NCBI GenBank assembly: GCA_964406795.1
Contig: CAYOTA010000008.1
Location: forward strand, 1-56,223
Direction of reading: 5' to 3'
Length of the DNA: 56,223 nt
Origin: an uncultured Gammaproteobacteria bacterium
Lineage (GTDB): Bacteria > Patescibacteriota > Microgenomatia > Levybacterales > GWA1-39-11
Shown here piece by piece: positions 9,091-17,608 of the stretch (positions within the stretch are counted from its first letter, which is position 1; each line of letters starts with the position of its first letter). A program made the translations under genes and the position numbers. Under the pieces are notes generated by a model that saw only the letters and a program-made list of their open reading frames with translations, was not told where the DNA came from and ran no database searches.

Positions 9091-9160
9091 ATCTAACATC
9101 TAACATCTAACATCTAACATCTAACATCTAACAACTAATAACTAATAACTAACCAATAAC
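9091..9160. repeat. Heptanucleotide microsatellite of 10 units
   Basis: ATCTAAC x6 (9091-9132), then the degenerate units AACTAAT, AACTAAT, AACTAAC, CAATAAC. It lies between two convergent gene ends (9075 and 9171). Confidence 0.95.
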
Positions 9161-9170
9161 TTTTAAATCC

Positions 9171-9590
9171 TTACCCGGCTCCATGTAATTTGTTTGACCT
9201 TTTTTGTTGAACTGCCAGTGGTTCCATTTTTTTCTTTGGTGCTACATATATTTTAGATGACTGCCCCTGTAAGTTATTCATTTGTGTATTTGAGTTAGCC
9301 TGTCCGCGCTCGGCGCTTTCAGCTCCTTGTTGGGTTCTGGGTTGTTCCTGAGGTGCAGGCATTTCCTGCTGCATAGCAAGTCCGCTTCTGATTTTGGCTA
9401 GTTTTGCCTGATCTTTCATTTTATATTCTTGTGTTTTTTGTGCTACTTCAGGGGGATTAATTGGTGCCAGGCCTTCTAAAATATTTATTGGGGTTTTAGC
9501 AATTTCGGAAACTGTTTCCTTTGCAATCTTTTTACCTTGTTCTCCAAGTTCACTTACAAAATCCCCTAATACAGTTCCTTTTTGCGGCAT
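9171..9590 (-). CDS. Hypothetical low-complexity (Gln/Ala/Lys-rich) protein
   Basis: 139-aa ORF. An extended -10 (TGaTACTAT, complement of 9600-9608) lies 9 nt upstream of the ATG. No domain recognised. Confidence 0.45.
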   Translation of the reverse strand: MPQKGTVLGDFVSELGEQGKKIAKETVSEIAKTPINILEGLAPINPPEVAQKTQEYKMKDQAKLAKIRSGLAMQQEMPAPQEQPRTQQGAESAERGQANSNTQMNNLQGQSSKIYVAPKKKMEPLAVQQKRSNKLHGAG

Positions 9591-9677
9591 AATGCATTCA
9601 TAGTATCACTCATATGCAAACATGATCAAGTATGAATTTGACAAAAATCAATGTTAGTATTACACTAAATGCCTTCT

Positions 9678-10811
9678 ATGAAGAAGCTTCTTGTTTTGCT
9701 CGTTCTCTTGTTGATTGTTGCATTTTTATGGCAACAGGCACTTCCACTATTTGGAAAAAAGTTGCCTTTACAAAGTTCTGAAACAGTGAAAATCCTAAAA
9801 GAAGAGAATTTAGTAGTAGATGTTGTTAAAAAGGTTGGCCCGTCCGTTGTAACAATAGGCGTTGAAGTGTCCCCAAATAGTCGCAATGGGCAGGAATTAG
9901 GCCCGTTTTCGCTTTTCTTTGAAGAGCCGTCTGTAACCCCAGAAAATAGTGAGGTAGAAGATGAGTATATTGGCTCAGGGTTTGTACTCACTAAAGAAGG
10001 GCTTATTGCAACAAATAAACATGTTGTGTCGTCCGGAACAGACAGATATATAGTGGTGGATGATAAAGGAAATAAGTATGAAGTTGAAAAGGTGTACAGA
10101 GATCCATTAAATGATTTGGCAATTCTTAAAACTTCTAAAACTCCAACTGGCGGATTTAAAGAAATTTCCTTTGGTGAATCAGGAAATGTAGAAGTAGGCC
10201 AGTTTGTGATTGCAATTGGAACGGCTCTTGGTGAGTTTAGAAATACAGTTACAACAGGCGTTGTGTCAGGTTTAGGACGTGGAATTACTGCCGGAAGTGC
10301 CTTTCAGGGTTTTGCGGAAAGGCTTGATAACGTAATCCAAACAGATGCTGCTATTAACCCAGGAAACAGTGGGGGACCACTCCTAAATGCGTCAGGACAA
10401 GTAATTGGAATTAATACTGCAGTTGCACAAAACGGGCAAAACATTGGTTTTGCAATTCCTATTAATATTATTAAGCAAAGTGTTGAAAACTTTAATGAAA
10501 CAGGCCAATTTAATAGACCATATTTAGGTGTCTCATACATCATACTTTCCAAACAAGCAGCTTTATTAAATGGACTTCCTGAGGGAGCATATGTGCGCGC
10601 AGTGATCCCAGATTCGTCAGCAGATAAAACTGGAATTCAGGTAGATGACATACTATCAGAAATTGATGGAAAAAAAATTACAAATGAAAATGGGGGACTT
10701 GCTGGAGTTATATCAAAAAAGAAGATAGGCGACAGCGCAAAATTAAAAGTAATAAGAGGGGACGAAACGTTGGAGTTAGAAGTAGCACTTGAAGCCGCAC
10801 CACAAGAGTAA
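9678..10811 (+). CDS. HtrA/DegP-family serine protease with C-terminal PDZ domain
   Basis: MKKLLVLLVLLL signal anchor, trypsin-like catalytic motifs (TNKHVV, DLAILK, GNSGGPLLN) and a PDZ domain at the C-terminus. An alternative ATG at 9669 lies only 2 nt after the -10 box TACACT (9661-9666), so 9678 is preferred. Confidence 0.85.
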   Translation: MKKLLVLLVLLLIVAFLWQQALPLFGKKLPLQSSETVKILKEENLVVDVVKKVGPSVVTIGVEVSPNSRNGQELGPFSLFFEEPSVTPENSEVEDEYIGSGFVLTKEGLIATNKHVVSSGTDRYIVVDDKGNKYEVEKVYRDPLNDLAILKTSKTPTGGFKEISFGESGNVEVGQFVIAIGTALGEFRNTVTTGVVSGLGRGITAGSAFQGFAERLDNVIQTDAAINPGNSGGPLLNASGQVIGINTAVAQNGQNIGFAIPINIIKQSVENFNETGQFNRPYLGVSYIILSKQAALLNGLPEGAYVRAVIPDSSADKTGIQVDDILSEIDGKKITNENGGLAGVISKKKIGDSAKLKVIRGDETLELEVALEAAPQE

Positions 10812-10873
10812 TTGACCACTTTTGGAAAGGCCTTGTTTTTGAGCCTTGTTTTTTTGTATAATACAAACACTTT

Positions 10874-11146
10874 ATGCGAAATTATAAATTGATAGTTGTT
10901 CTAAAAGGGGACATTACAAAAGACAAAAAACAGAAAATGCTGGAAAATATTCAGACATGGGCTGGAGCTGTTGACACAAAGGTCTCCGAATTAGGAGAGA
11001 AAAAATTGGCCTACACTATTAAAAGAGAAAAAAAGGGAGATTATGTTGCATTGAATTTCAATTCAGAAAATATTGCAGTAGATTTTGAGAAAAGGTTAAT
11101 CAATCAAGACGATATTTTACGGCACTTAATGATACGAGTAAAGTAA
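10874..11146 (+). CDS. rpsF: 30S ribosomal protein S6
   Basis: Starts MRNYKLIVVL, is 90 aa, and is followed by the ssb and rpsR synteny. Confidence 0.9.
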   Translation: MRNYKLIVVLKGDITKDKKQKMLENIQTWAGAVDTKVSELGEKKLAYTIKREKKGDYVALNFNSENIAVDFEKRLINQDDILRHLMIRVK

Positions 11147-11154
11147 TTTAAAAA

Positions 11155-11625
11155 ATGGCGCGTTCATTGAATAGAGTACAATTGATTGGGAATTTGACAC
11201 GGGATCCGGAGTTGCGTTACACACCTCAGGGAACTGCGGTATGTACATTTGGGCTCGCTACTAATAGGAGTTGGACAACGGACAACGGAGAAAAGAAAGA
11301 GGACACAGAATTTCACAGAATTGTTGTGTGGAACAAATTAGCAGAGTTGTGTTCTCAGCTCTTATCCAAAGGACGCAAAGTGTACGTGGAAGGAAGAATT
11401 GCGAATAGATCATGGACAGGACAGGACGGTACACAAAAAAGTACAACAGAAATTGTTATTGAGGATATGATAATTCTTGATAACAAAAGGACAGAAGGAA
11501 ACACTGACTCTCATCAAGAGGCGCCAGTTGTTGAAAAGCCTATTGCTGAAAGTCCAAAAACTGAAAAAGTAGAGACTAAAAAAGCAGTATCCGAGGATAT
11601 TAATCCGGACGATATACCTTTCTAA
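11155..11625 (+). CDS. ssb: Single-stranded DNA-binding protein
   Basis: OB-fold N-terminus LNRVQLIGNLTRDPELRYTPQGTAVCTFGLATNRSW and the acidic C-terminal tip DDIPF. Confidence 0.95.
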   Translation: MARSLNRVQLIGNLTRDPELRYTPQGTAVCTFGLATNRSWTTDNGEKKEDTEFHRIVVWNKLAELCSQLLSKGRKVYVEGRIANRSWTGQDGTQKSTTEIVIEDMIILDNKRTEGNTDSHQEAPVVEKPIAESPKTEKVETKKAVSEDINPDDIPF

Positions 11626-11646
11626 CGACTAACTAATAACAAATAT

Positions 11647-11889
11647 ATGAGTAACCAACGAAAAATACATATGAAGCGTGAAGTTCCAAAGAACTGCAGC
11701 TTTTGTAAGGAAGACAAAAATCCTGAATTTATGGAAACAGTAGGTCTTGAAAAATTTTTAACTGAGCGAGGAAAAATACTATCATCATCTAAAACTGGAG
11801 TTTGCACAAAGCACCAGAAAAAAATTACAATTGCAGTTAAACGAGCACGCCACCTAGCGCTTCTTCCATTTATAGTTCGTCCTGAGTAA
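11647..11889 (+). CDS. rpsR: 30S ribosomal protein S18
   Basis: 80 aa with [11 protein letters not shown] near the C-terminus, located after ssb. Confidence 0.9.
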   Translation: MSNQRKIHMKREVPKNCSFCKEDKNPEFMETVGLEKFLTERGKILSSSKTGVCTKHQKKITIAVKRARHLALLPFIVRPE

Positions 11890-11944
11890 TTTTCTTCTTG
11901 CTTTTTCCCTTCATTTTTTACTACAATAAGAACTCAATAAATCC

Positions 11945-13234
11945 ATGAAAAAAAGGTTTTCCGTCTCTGTATTTCACATTGTTTTAGTTATTCTTTTAGC
12001 CGGGGGCTTAGGTTTTGTTATCGGAACTACTAAAATCAACACTTCTTGGAAGGGATTTATGCCTATTGCTACAATTCAGCAAAAGGATCCACCACCGTCC
12101 CAAGATCTAGACATGGGTCTTTTCTATGAAGTTTTAGATAAAGTAAACCGCGAATACTATGACAAGACTAAAATAAACTCAGACAAAGTGCTTCAAGGTG
12201 CCATTTCAGGCATGCTCCAAAGTCTTGACGATCCATATACTTCTTTTTTTCCCCCTAAACAAAATACAGATTTTAAAACGCAGTTAGCAGGTGAGTTTTC
12301 AGGAATTGGTGCTGAGTTGGGTTTAAGTTCGGAAAACCAAGTGATGATTATTGCCCCAATAGATGGCTCTCCAGCACAAAAAGCTGGCGTTAAGGCAGGA
12401 GACCTTGTTTTGTCGGTTGACGGAAATGATACGTATGGGTGGACATTGGCTAAGGCCGTTGAGTACATACGTGGACCAAAAGGAAGTGAAGTAAGCTTAT
12501 CTATCTTGCGGGATAAGGCAAAGGAGCCTGCAAAAGTAGCTATTAAGCGTGACACAATAGTTATAGAAAGTGTAAAGGGCTGGGTTAAAAACTTTACATG
12601 TGCTAATAACACATGTAAAGAAGCTAAAAGCTGTAGTGGAGCTAATTGTTCTAAGATTGCATACATTAGACTTTCTCAGTTTGGGGATAAAACAAATGAA
12701 GAATGGGTAAAAGTAATTAATGATTTATATCCTAAAATGAGCGGAGACAGTTTTAAGGGAATCGTATTGGATGTAAGGAATAATCCTGGTGGTTATTTAC
12801 AAGATGCAGTTTTTATTGCATCCGAATTTATAAAAGAGGGTGTGATTGTGTCTCAAGTGGACGGTGCACAGGCAAAATTAGACATGCCTGTTTCCAGAAC
12901 TGGTTTACTCACAGAACAACAGGTTATAGTTCTCACTAACAAAGGATCAGCGTCTGCATCGGAAATTGTGTCTGGAGCATTGCGTGATCACAAAAGAGCA
13001 AAGTTACTGGGAGAAACTACATTTGGTAAGGGAACTATTCAGCAGGCAGTGGACGTAGATGGTGGAGCATCGGTTCATATTACAGTTGGTAAATGGATTA
13101 CGCCAAATGGGACATGGGTGCACAAAAACGGCCTGAAGCCTGATATTGAGGTTAAATTTGATGAAAAGAAGTCAGCGGAGACTCCGGGAATTGATAATCA
13201 GCTCCAAGCAGCCATTCGAGAATTAACAAAGTGA
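11945..13234 (+). CDS. Carboxy-terminal processing (S41) peptidase with PDZ domain
   Basis: N-terminal membrane anchor, PDZ domain (GIGAELG...PAQKAGVKAGD), S41 core (LDVRNNPGGYL, GSASASEIVSGAL, TFGKGT). A Cys-rich insert is present (FTCANNTCKEAKSCSGANCSK). Confidence 0.85.
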   Translation: MKKRFSVSVFHIVLVILLAGGLGFVIGTTKINTSWKGFMPIATIQQKDPPPSQDLDMGLFYEVLDKVNREYYDKTKINSDKVLQGAISGMLQSLDDPYTSFFPPKQNTDFKTQLAGEFSGIGAELGLSSENQVMIIAPIDGSPAQKAGVKAGDLVLSVDGNDTYGWTLAKAVEYIRGPKGSEVSLSILRDKAKEPAKVAIKRDTIVIESVKGWVKNFTCANNTCKEAKSCSGANCSKIAYIRLSQFGDKTNEEWVKVINDLYPKMSGDSFKGIVLDVRNNPGGYLQDAVFIASEFIKEGVIVSQVDGAQAKLDMPVSRTGLLTEQQVIVLTNKGSASASEIVSGALRDHKRAKLLGETTFGKGTIQQAVDVDGGASVHITVGKWITPNGTWVHKNGLKPDIEVKFDEKKSAETPGIDNQLQAAIRELTK

Positions 13235-13469
13235 ACTACTTTCGGCTTTTAACGTTTTAGCTCTATTTGCAATTGCTAATAGTTCACCTTTCTCTGCCTT
13301 TATTTGATCCATAAACTGACCTATCTTAGTATGTAATGCAACTCGTGATGATTTTGATACTTCACGCGTATTGCAGAGGAGAGCTTCTGTTTTCGAATCA
13401 GTCCGATAAAGGCTTCCTACATGTCCATCATTATCCATCTTTTATAGAAATTCACGTTGCCCACAGTTA

Positions 13470-13512
13470 TCAATACAAATCAACCCCAGGGGTTGCGTAG
13501 CTACGCAACCTA
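13470..13512. repeat. REP-like palindromic repeat, copy A
   Basis: Contains the perfect 20-nt palindrome GGTTGCGTAG/CTACGCAACC (13491-13510), overlapped by a second palindrome CAACCCC-A-GGGGTTG (13481-13495). Confidence 0.9.
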
Positions 13513-13517
13513 GATAT

Positions 13518-14183
13518 TTACGCTTCAAGAAGTAGATGCATGATTCGGGACAGTTTTCGTTGGTAGTCCGCTCGATCATTCACAAATTCTTTATATTCAT
13601 CTTTAGTTTTAAACTGAGACAGGATTATATTTTTGTCATACCAGCTATAGTTAGAATTACTTATATACTCGGGATAAGATGACCATCTGTACGCTTCAAG
13701 TTCCCGTGTATCTCTTACCACATGGGATGTGTATGGGTTGAGATGAATATATCTTGAAACATGAAGAAGTTGAGTAGTATCTTCAATGTGTACGGATTTA
13801 AATTCTCCCTGTAATAAGTGTCCACTTCTTTTGTGTTTAGTATTAATATATCTAGTTAGGCTATTTTGAAAATTTCCCATAAATTTTGCAATTCCATTAT
13901 CCTGTTCTTGTTGAATTAATAAATGAAAATGATTAGGCATTAAACATGCACAAATAACATTTACAATTTTTTCTCTTGGGTGAGTAGACGCTGTAGTCTT
14001 GTATTCATCACTCATTGCAATATATTTGGAATAACTTGGGAGATTTTTGTAGGTGTAGTAACTTAATATTCCCATTGTCCGTTTGTAATCAGCTTTATTG
14101 AAGAATATTGGTTGTTTATTTACACCACGATTGAAAACATGGTAGTATTCTCCAGTAACAAGAGGAACTTTTCTAGTTGGCAT
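13518..14183 (-). CDS. HUH/Y1 transposase (REP-associated tyrosine transposase / IS200-like, Y1_Tnp family)
   Basis: YYHVFNRG, then the HUH motif CLMPNHFHLLI, then YIHLNPY carrying the candidate catalytic Tyr. The ORF extends to a TTG at 14219, with ATGs at 14204 and 14183. 14183 (MPTRK) aligns best with the paralog at 43345..43995. Confidence 0.8.
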   Translation of the reverse strand: MPTRKVPLVTGEYYHVFNRGVNKQPIFFNKADYKRTMGILSYYTYKNLPSYSKYIAMSDEYKTTASTHPREKIVNVICACLMPNHFHLLIQQEQDNGIAKFMGNFQNSLTRYINTKHKRSGHLLQGEFKSVHIEDTTQLLHVSRYIHLNPYTSHVVRDTRELEAYRWSSYPEYISNSNYSWYDKNIILSQFKTKDEYKEFVNDRADYQRKLSRIMHLLLEA

Positions 14184-14215
14184 ATTACTAACATAATAAA
14201 CCATATCCTGAGATG

Positions 14216-14258
14216 TCAATACGAATCAACCCCAGGGGTTGCGTAGCTACGCAACCTA
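14216..14258. repeat. REP-like palindromic repeat, copy B
   Basis: Same sequence and orientation as copy A. It overlaps the 5' end and upstream region of the transposase ORF. Confidence 0.9.
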
Positions 14259-14331
14259 AGGATTTGAATTATTTGAAGAAAGCTTTAGGTTAATCCTATC
14301 AAGGGTTGTTAAAATCTGGTAAAATGAAGCC

Positions 14332-15732
14332 ATGAAGCTGTATAACACATTATCCCGTTCTCTAGAGGAGTTTGTACCATTGGATGAACAGACCGTCAAA
14401 ATGTACACCTGTGGCCCTACTGTATATGACTATGCACACATAGGGCATATGAGAAAGTACATAGGAGATGATATTTTACGCCGCACCCTTCAAAAAACCT
14501 GGGAAGTGAAACATGTTATGAATGTAACAGATGTGGGTCATTTGACTTCGGATTCAGATACCGGAGATGACAAAATGGAGCGGGGTGCTATAAAACATGG
14601 AAAAACTGTTTTGGAAGTAGCACGTTTTTTTGAAGAAGACTTTTTAAAGTCCATCAAAAAAGTAAATGTTTTAACCCCTACGGTTATTGCCCGCGCCACA
14701 GAACACATTGATGACCAGATCGCACTCATTGAAGAATTGGTTAAAAAGGGATACACCTACCAGACACATGAGGCCATTTATTTTGATGTTTCTAAGTTTC
14801 CCGAATACACTAAACTATCCCAGCAGAACTTAGATGACAAAATTACCGGCGCTCGGGGAGAGGTTGTAGTGGATAGCAAAAAAAAGAATCCTGCGGATTT
14901 TGTTTTATGGTTTTTTACTGTAGGAAGATTTGAAAATCATGTGCTCCGCTGGAATTCTCCATGGGGTGAGGGATTTCCGGGCTGGCACATAGAGTGTAGT
15001 GCCATGGCCATGCGCTATTTGGGTCCTACACTGGACATACACACGGGTGGAGTAGACCATGTGAGCATTCACCACACAAATGAGATTGCACAGTCAGAAT
15101 GTGCAACTGGAGTTGAATTTGTACGTTTTTGGATCCATCACGACTTTTTACGGGTTGAAGGAGAGAAAATGAGTAAGTCTTTAGGCAACTTAATTACTAT
15201 AAAAGATATTGAAAGCAGAAAAATTTCTCCACTTGCCTTTAGATATTTAACATTTCAAACCCATTATAGATCAGAGATGAACTTTACGTGGGAGTCACTG
15301 GATGCAGCGCAAACAGCACTTCAAAAATTGTATGAAACCGCTTCATCCTTAACCCAGGTTAATGAATATGCTGATATAGATTATATGGGCCGCTTTATGG
15401 ATGCGCTGGAGCAGGATTTAAATATGCCAAAAGCAATATCTATATTATGGGAAGTTGTAAGGTCTCAAAAAATAGAGGATTCAGTGAGAGCTAAAACAAT
15501 TCAGGAAATGGACACGGTATTAGGGCTTGAGATATTTGAAAATTCTAAAAAACAGTTAAAAATACCACCAAATGTTATGAGACTTGTGGAGGAGCGAGAT
15601 GCGTTTAAAAAGAACAGACAGTATACTCATGCTGATCATGCGAGGAATAAGATTGAGAAAATGGGGTATATACTAAAAGACGTAGTAGATGAGCATAAAA
15701 AGAAGCGCACGATTGTTTTAAGAAAAGTCTAA
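14332..15732 (+). CDS. cysS: Cysteinyl-tRNA synthetase
   Basis: Starts MKLYNTLSR, has CGPTVYDYAHIGHMR (HIGH) and KMSKSLGN (KMSKS). 466 aa. Confidence 0.95.
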   Translation: MKLYNTLSRSLEEFVPLDEQTVKMYTCGPTVYDYAHIGHMRKYIGDDILRRTLQKTWEVKHVMNVTDVGHLTSDSDTGDDKMERGAIKHGKTVLEVARFFEEDFLKSIKKVNVLTPTVIARATEHIDDQIALIEELVKKGYTYQTHEAIYFDVSKFPEYTKLSQQNLDDKITGARGEVVVDSKKKNPADFVLWFFTVGRFENHVLRWNSPWGEGFPGWHIECSAMAMRYLGPTLDIHTGGVDHVSIHHTNEIAQSECATGVEFVRFWIHHDFLRVEGEKMSKSLGNLITIKDIESRKISPLAFRYLTFQTHYRSEMNFTWESLDAAQTALQKLYETASSLTQVNEYADIDYMGRFMDALEQDLNMPKAISILWEVVRSQKIEDSVRAKTIQEMDTVLGLEIFENSKKQLKIPPNVMRLVEERDAFKKNRQYTHADHARNKIEKMGYILKDVVDEHKKKRTIVLRKV

Positions 15733-16530
15733 TTATCTTGCAGTCGGACGTGGAGTTAAAGTTGCAGATCTGACAGAGGTTGTAGGAGTTGTGACAACCG
15801 CTTCCACCTCAGCCAATCTTTTCAGATCATCTGACAGTGCTAAGCCAGGAAAGTGAATCATTCTTTCTGCATTTAACTGATTTTTTGTTGTGTCATCCAT
15901 AAATCCTGAAGCATAAACTCGTACACCCGGTAAAACTTTACTAAATCCCGATTTTACTAAATCATCAACCTCTGTATAGGACGATATTTTTGTACTTGTT
16001 TCAATATCTATACTAATTTTTTCACCTTTTTTATTAACTGCAGTAACTACAAAATTTCGTCTGTCCACTTCTGTTATAACTCCGTCAAAAAGGGTAGGGA
16101 TGTTGGACACGGTATTAACAAATCTAGCTAAGATCTGATCCGTTCCTTTATTTAACAATCCCACAATTCCCAAAGTGTCTCCCTTTTTAATATCTGATAT
16201 GCCAAATGTTTTAGATGAGGGGTTTGAAAACTTCGTGATTTCATCAATATTCACAATGCGGCGCTTATTATGTATATCTGTTAGCGTTATTTGTGTGCTT
16301 GTTGTTTGTGTTACCATTCCCAAAATTCCTCGTTTTTCAACCAACTTTAGTTCTGCAACACGGGACGCAACTAGGTCCTTAATTTTTTCAATCTGGCTTG
16401 AGTCTCCAATTGAAGTAGGAGACGATGAAATGCTAGGTTTTGGAGTAAGAGTGGTTGTTTGCGCTAAAGTATCAATTGGCATAATCCCGGAAGTAGCTAT
16501 CAACATAATTACAAGTAGTAGTATTTTCAT
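15733..16530 (-). CDS. Secreted hypothetical protein
   Basis: Signal peptide MKILLLVIMLIATSG followed by a Ser/Thr/Pro-rich linker. No domain recognised. Confidence 0.55.
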   Translation of the reverse strand: MKILLLVIMLIATSGIMPIDTLAQTTTLTPKPSISSSPTSIGDSSQIEKIKDLVASRVAELKLVEKRGILGMVTQTTSTQITLTDIHNKRRIVNIDEITKFSNPSSKTFGISDIKKGDTLGIVGLLNKGTDQILARFVNTVSNIPTLFDGVITEVDRRNFVVTAVNKKGEKISIDIETSTKISSYTEVDDLVKSGFSKVLPGVRVYASGFMDDTTKNQLNAERMIHFPGLALSDDLKRLAEVEAVVTTPTTSVRSATLTPRPTAR

Positions 16531-16534
16531 ATTT

Positions 16535-16960
16535 TTAAAATTCCTCGGCTGAAAATGAAACTATTTTTGTGTCTGTTTTGGCATCTCCATCTGTATTTAT
16601 AGCAGTTGTAATAAGCTTATTTACGCCAGCCGCAATGGTTATTGTCGCGTTAAATTCCCCGTCCTCTGTTGGTCGTACCGTTATGTCCTCTGAGTTAGAT
16701 GAGATAATTACTATATTATCTGGATTTGTTTTCCCCTTCACTTGCAGGCTTCTTTTATTGGTTATGCTTTCGTCTTTGGGCTCATTTATTACAAGTAAAA
16801 ATGAGTCAGCATTTTGGGCTGTACGGGTTGAGGAAGGAGTAGGCTTAGGGTTTTCTGCAATTTTAGCAGGCTTTGCAGATTCGTACAGGAAAAATGCAAC
16901 AGTTGTTGCAAGTAACCCGAGCGTTACAGCAATAAAAATAATGACAATACGTTCTTTCAT
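16535..16960 (-). CDS. Membrane-anchored hypothetical protein (Ig-like beta domain suspected)
   Basis: N-terminal TM helix IVIIFIAVTLGLLATTVAFFL, immediately upstream of 15733..16530 in the same orientation with a 4-nt gap. Confidence 0.55.
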   Translation of the reverse strand: MKERIVIIFIAVTLGLLATTVAFFLYESAKPAKIAENPKPTPSSTRTAQNADSFLLVINEPKDESITNKRSLQVKGKTNPDNIVIISSNSEDITVRPTEDGEFNATITIAAGVNKLITTAINTDGDAKTDTKIVSFSAEEF

Positions 16961-17060
16961 AGGCTCGAGCAGGAGATTTTATTTGTGGCTTTCACCACGG
17001 AATGAGAGGTTTTATGATATTCCAAAAAGTGTGTCTTGTCAAGGAAGTAAGAATTGTGAT

Positions 17061-17576
17061 ATGCTCGTTAAACTCATTATGGAAATCAGTTTAGTAAATA
17101 AAACGAGCGTAAAATTAAAAGGGAAAAACGCATCGGTTGTAATTGACCCCACCTCAAAAACAGAGGCAGATATAGTGCTTGCAACAAAAGCACTGGATTC
17201 ATTAACAATAGACAAAGTAGAGGGTGTGAGGCTTATTATTTCAGGACCGGGAGAATTTGAAGCGGGTGGAATAAGTATTACTGGTAAAGCCTCCAAAGGA
17301 ACTACTACCTATCACATCCTAGATAATTCTAAGGTTGTTTTTGCGACGTCTAATGGCATAGCGCAAGTTCCTGATGATGAGGAGTTTGATTGTTTATTAA
17401 TTGAAGTTATGGGGGACTTAAAAGAAGATGCTTTTGCTTCAGTGAATGCAAAATGTGTAGTGTTATTTGGTGATTTAAGCCTACTTACCACACAAAGTGA
17501 TAAGCAAGAAAAAGCCTCTAAAGTTAACCTCAAGAAAACAACCGAAATTGCAGGAAAGATGTTTTTACTAGAGTAG
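17061..17576 (+). CDS. Hypothetical protein, degenerate MBL-fold-like (no HxHxDH motif)
   Basis: The track ORF 16569..17576 is antisense to 16535..16960 over its first third. Plausible starts are ATG 17061 or 17079. VKLKGKNASVVIDP...LIISGPGEFEAGGISITG resembles UPF0173/beta-lactamase-fold proteins, but the metal ligands are missing. Confidence 0.45.
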   Translation: MLVKLIMEISLVNKTSVKLKGKNASVVIDPTSKTEADIVLATKALDSLTIDKVEGVRLIISGPGEFEAGGISITGKASKGTTTYHILDNSKVVFATSNGIAQVPDDEEFDCLLIEVMGDLKEDAFASVNAKCVVLFGDLSLLTTQSDKQEKASKVNLKKTTEIAGKMFLLE

Positions 17577-17608
17577 CTTCCTCTTGTCCAAAGATATAAA
17601 CTATAGAT

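Larger units (their letters stand above)
13470..14258 (-). mobile_element. RAYT/IS200-like unit 1: a Y1 transposase gene bracketed by 43-nt direct repeats
   Basis: The repeats TCAATAC[A/G]AATCAACCCCAGGGGTTGCGTAGCTACGCAACCTA at 13470-13512 and 14216-14258 match at 42 of 43 positions, and their 35-nt cores are identical. They flank the transposase ORF. Confidence 0.6.

Noticed and set aside
9091-9160. A CRISPR-like or telomere-like interpretation of the heptamer array.
   Set aside because: The units are 7 nt with no spacers, no cas genes are nearby, and the array is internal to a bacterial-type chromosome segment. It is a simple microsatellite.
11626-11646. Sharing of an AACTAATAAC-type 10-mer between the ssb-rpsR spacer and the tail of the heptamer array.
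   Set aside because: This is a short, AT-rich, stop-codon-rich string that is likely to recur by chance in this composition.
13223-13438. A 71-aa minus-strand ORF between the S41 peptidase and REP copy A.
   Set aside because: It overlaps the peptidase stop by 12 nt, and I saw no -10/ATG spacing or SD. Only the C-terminal half looks helical. It may be real, but I cannot support it from sequence alone.
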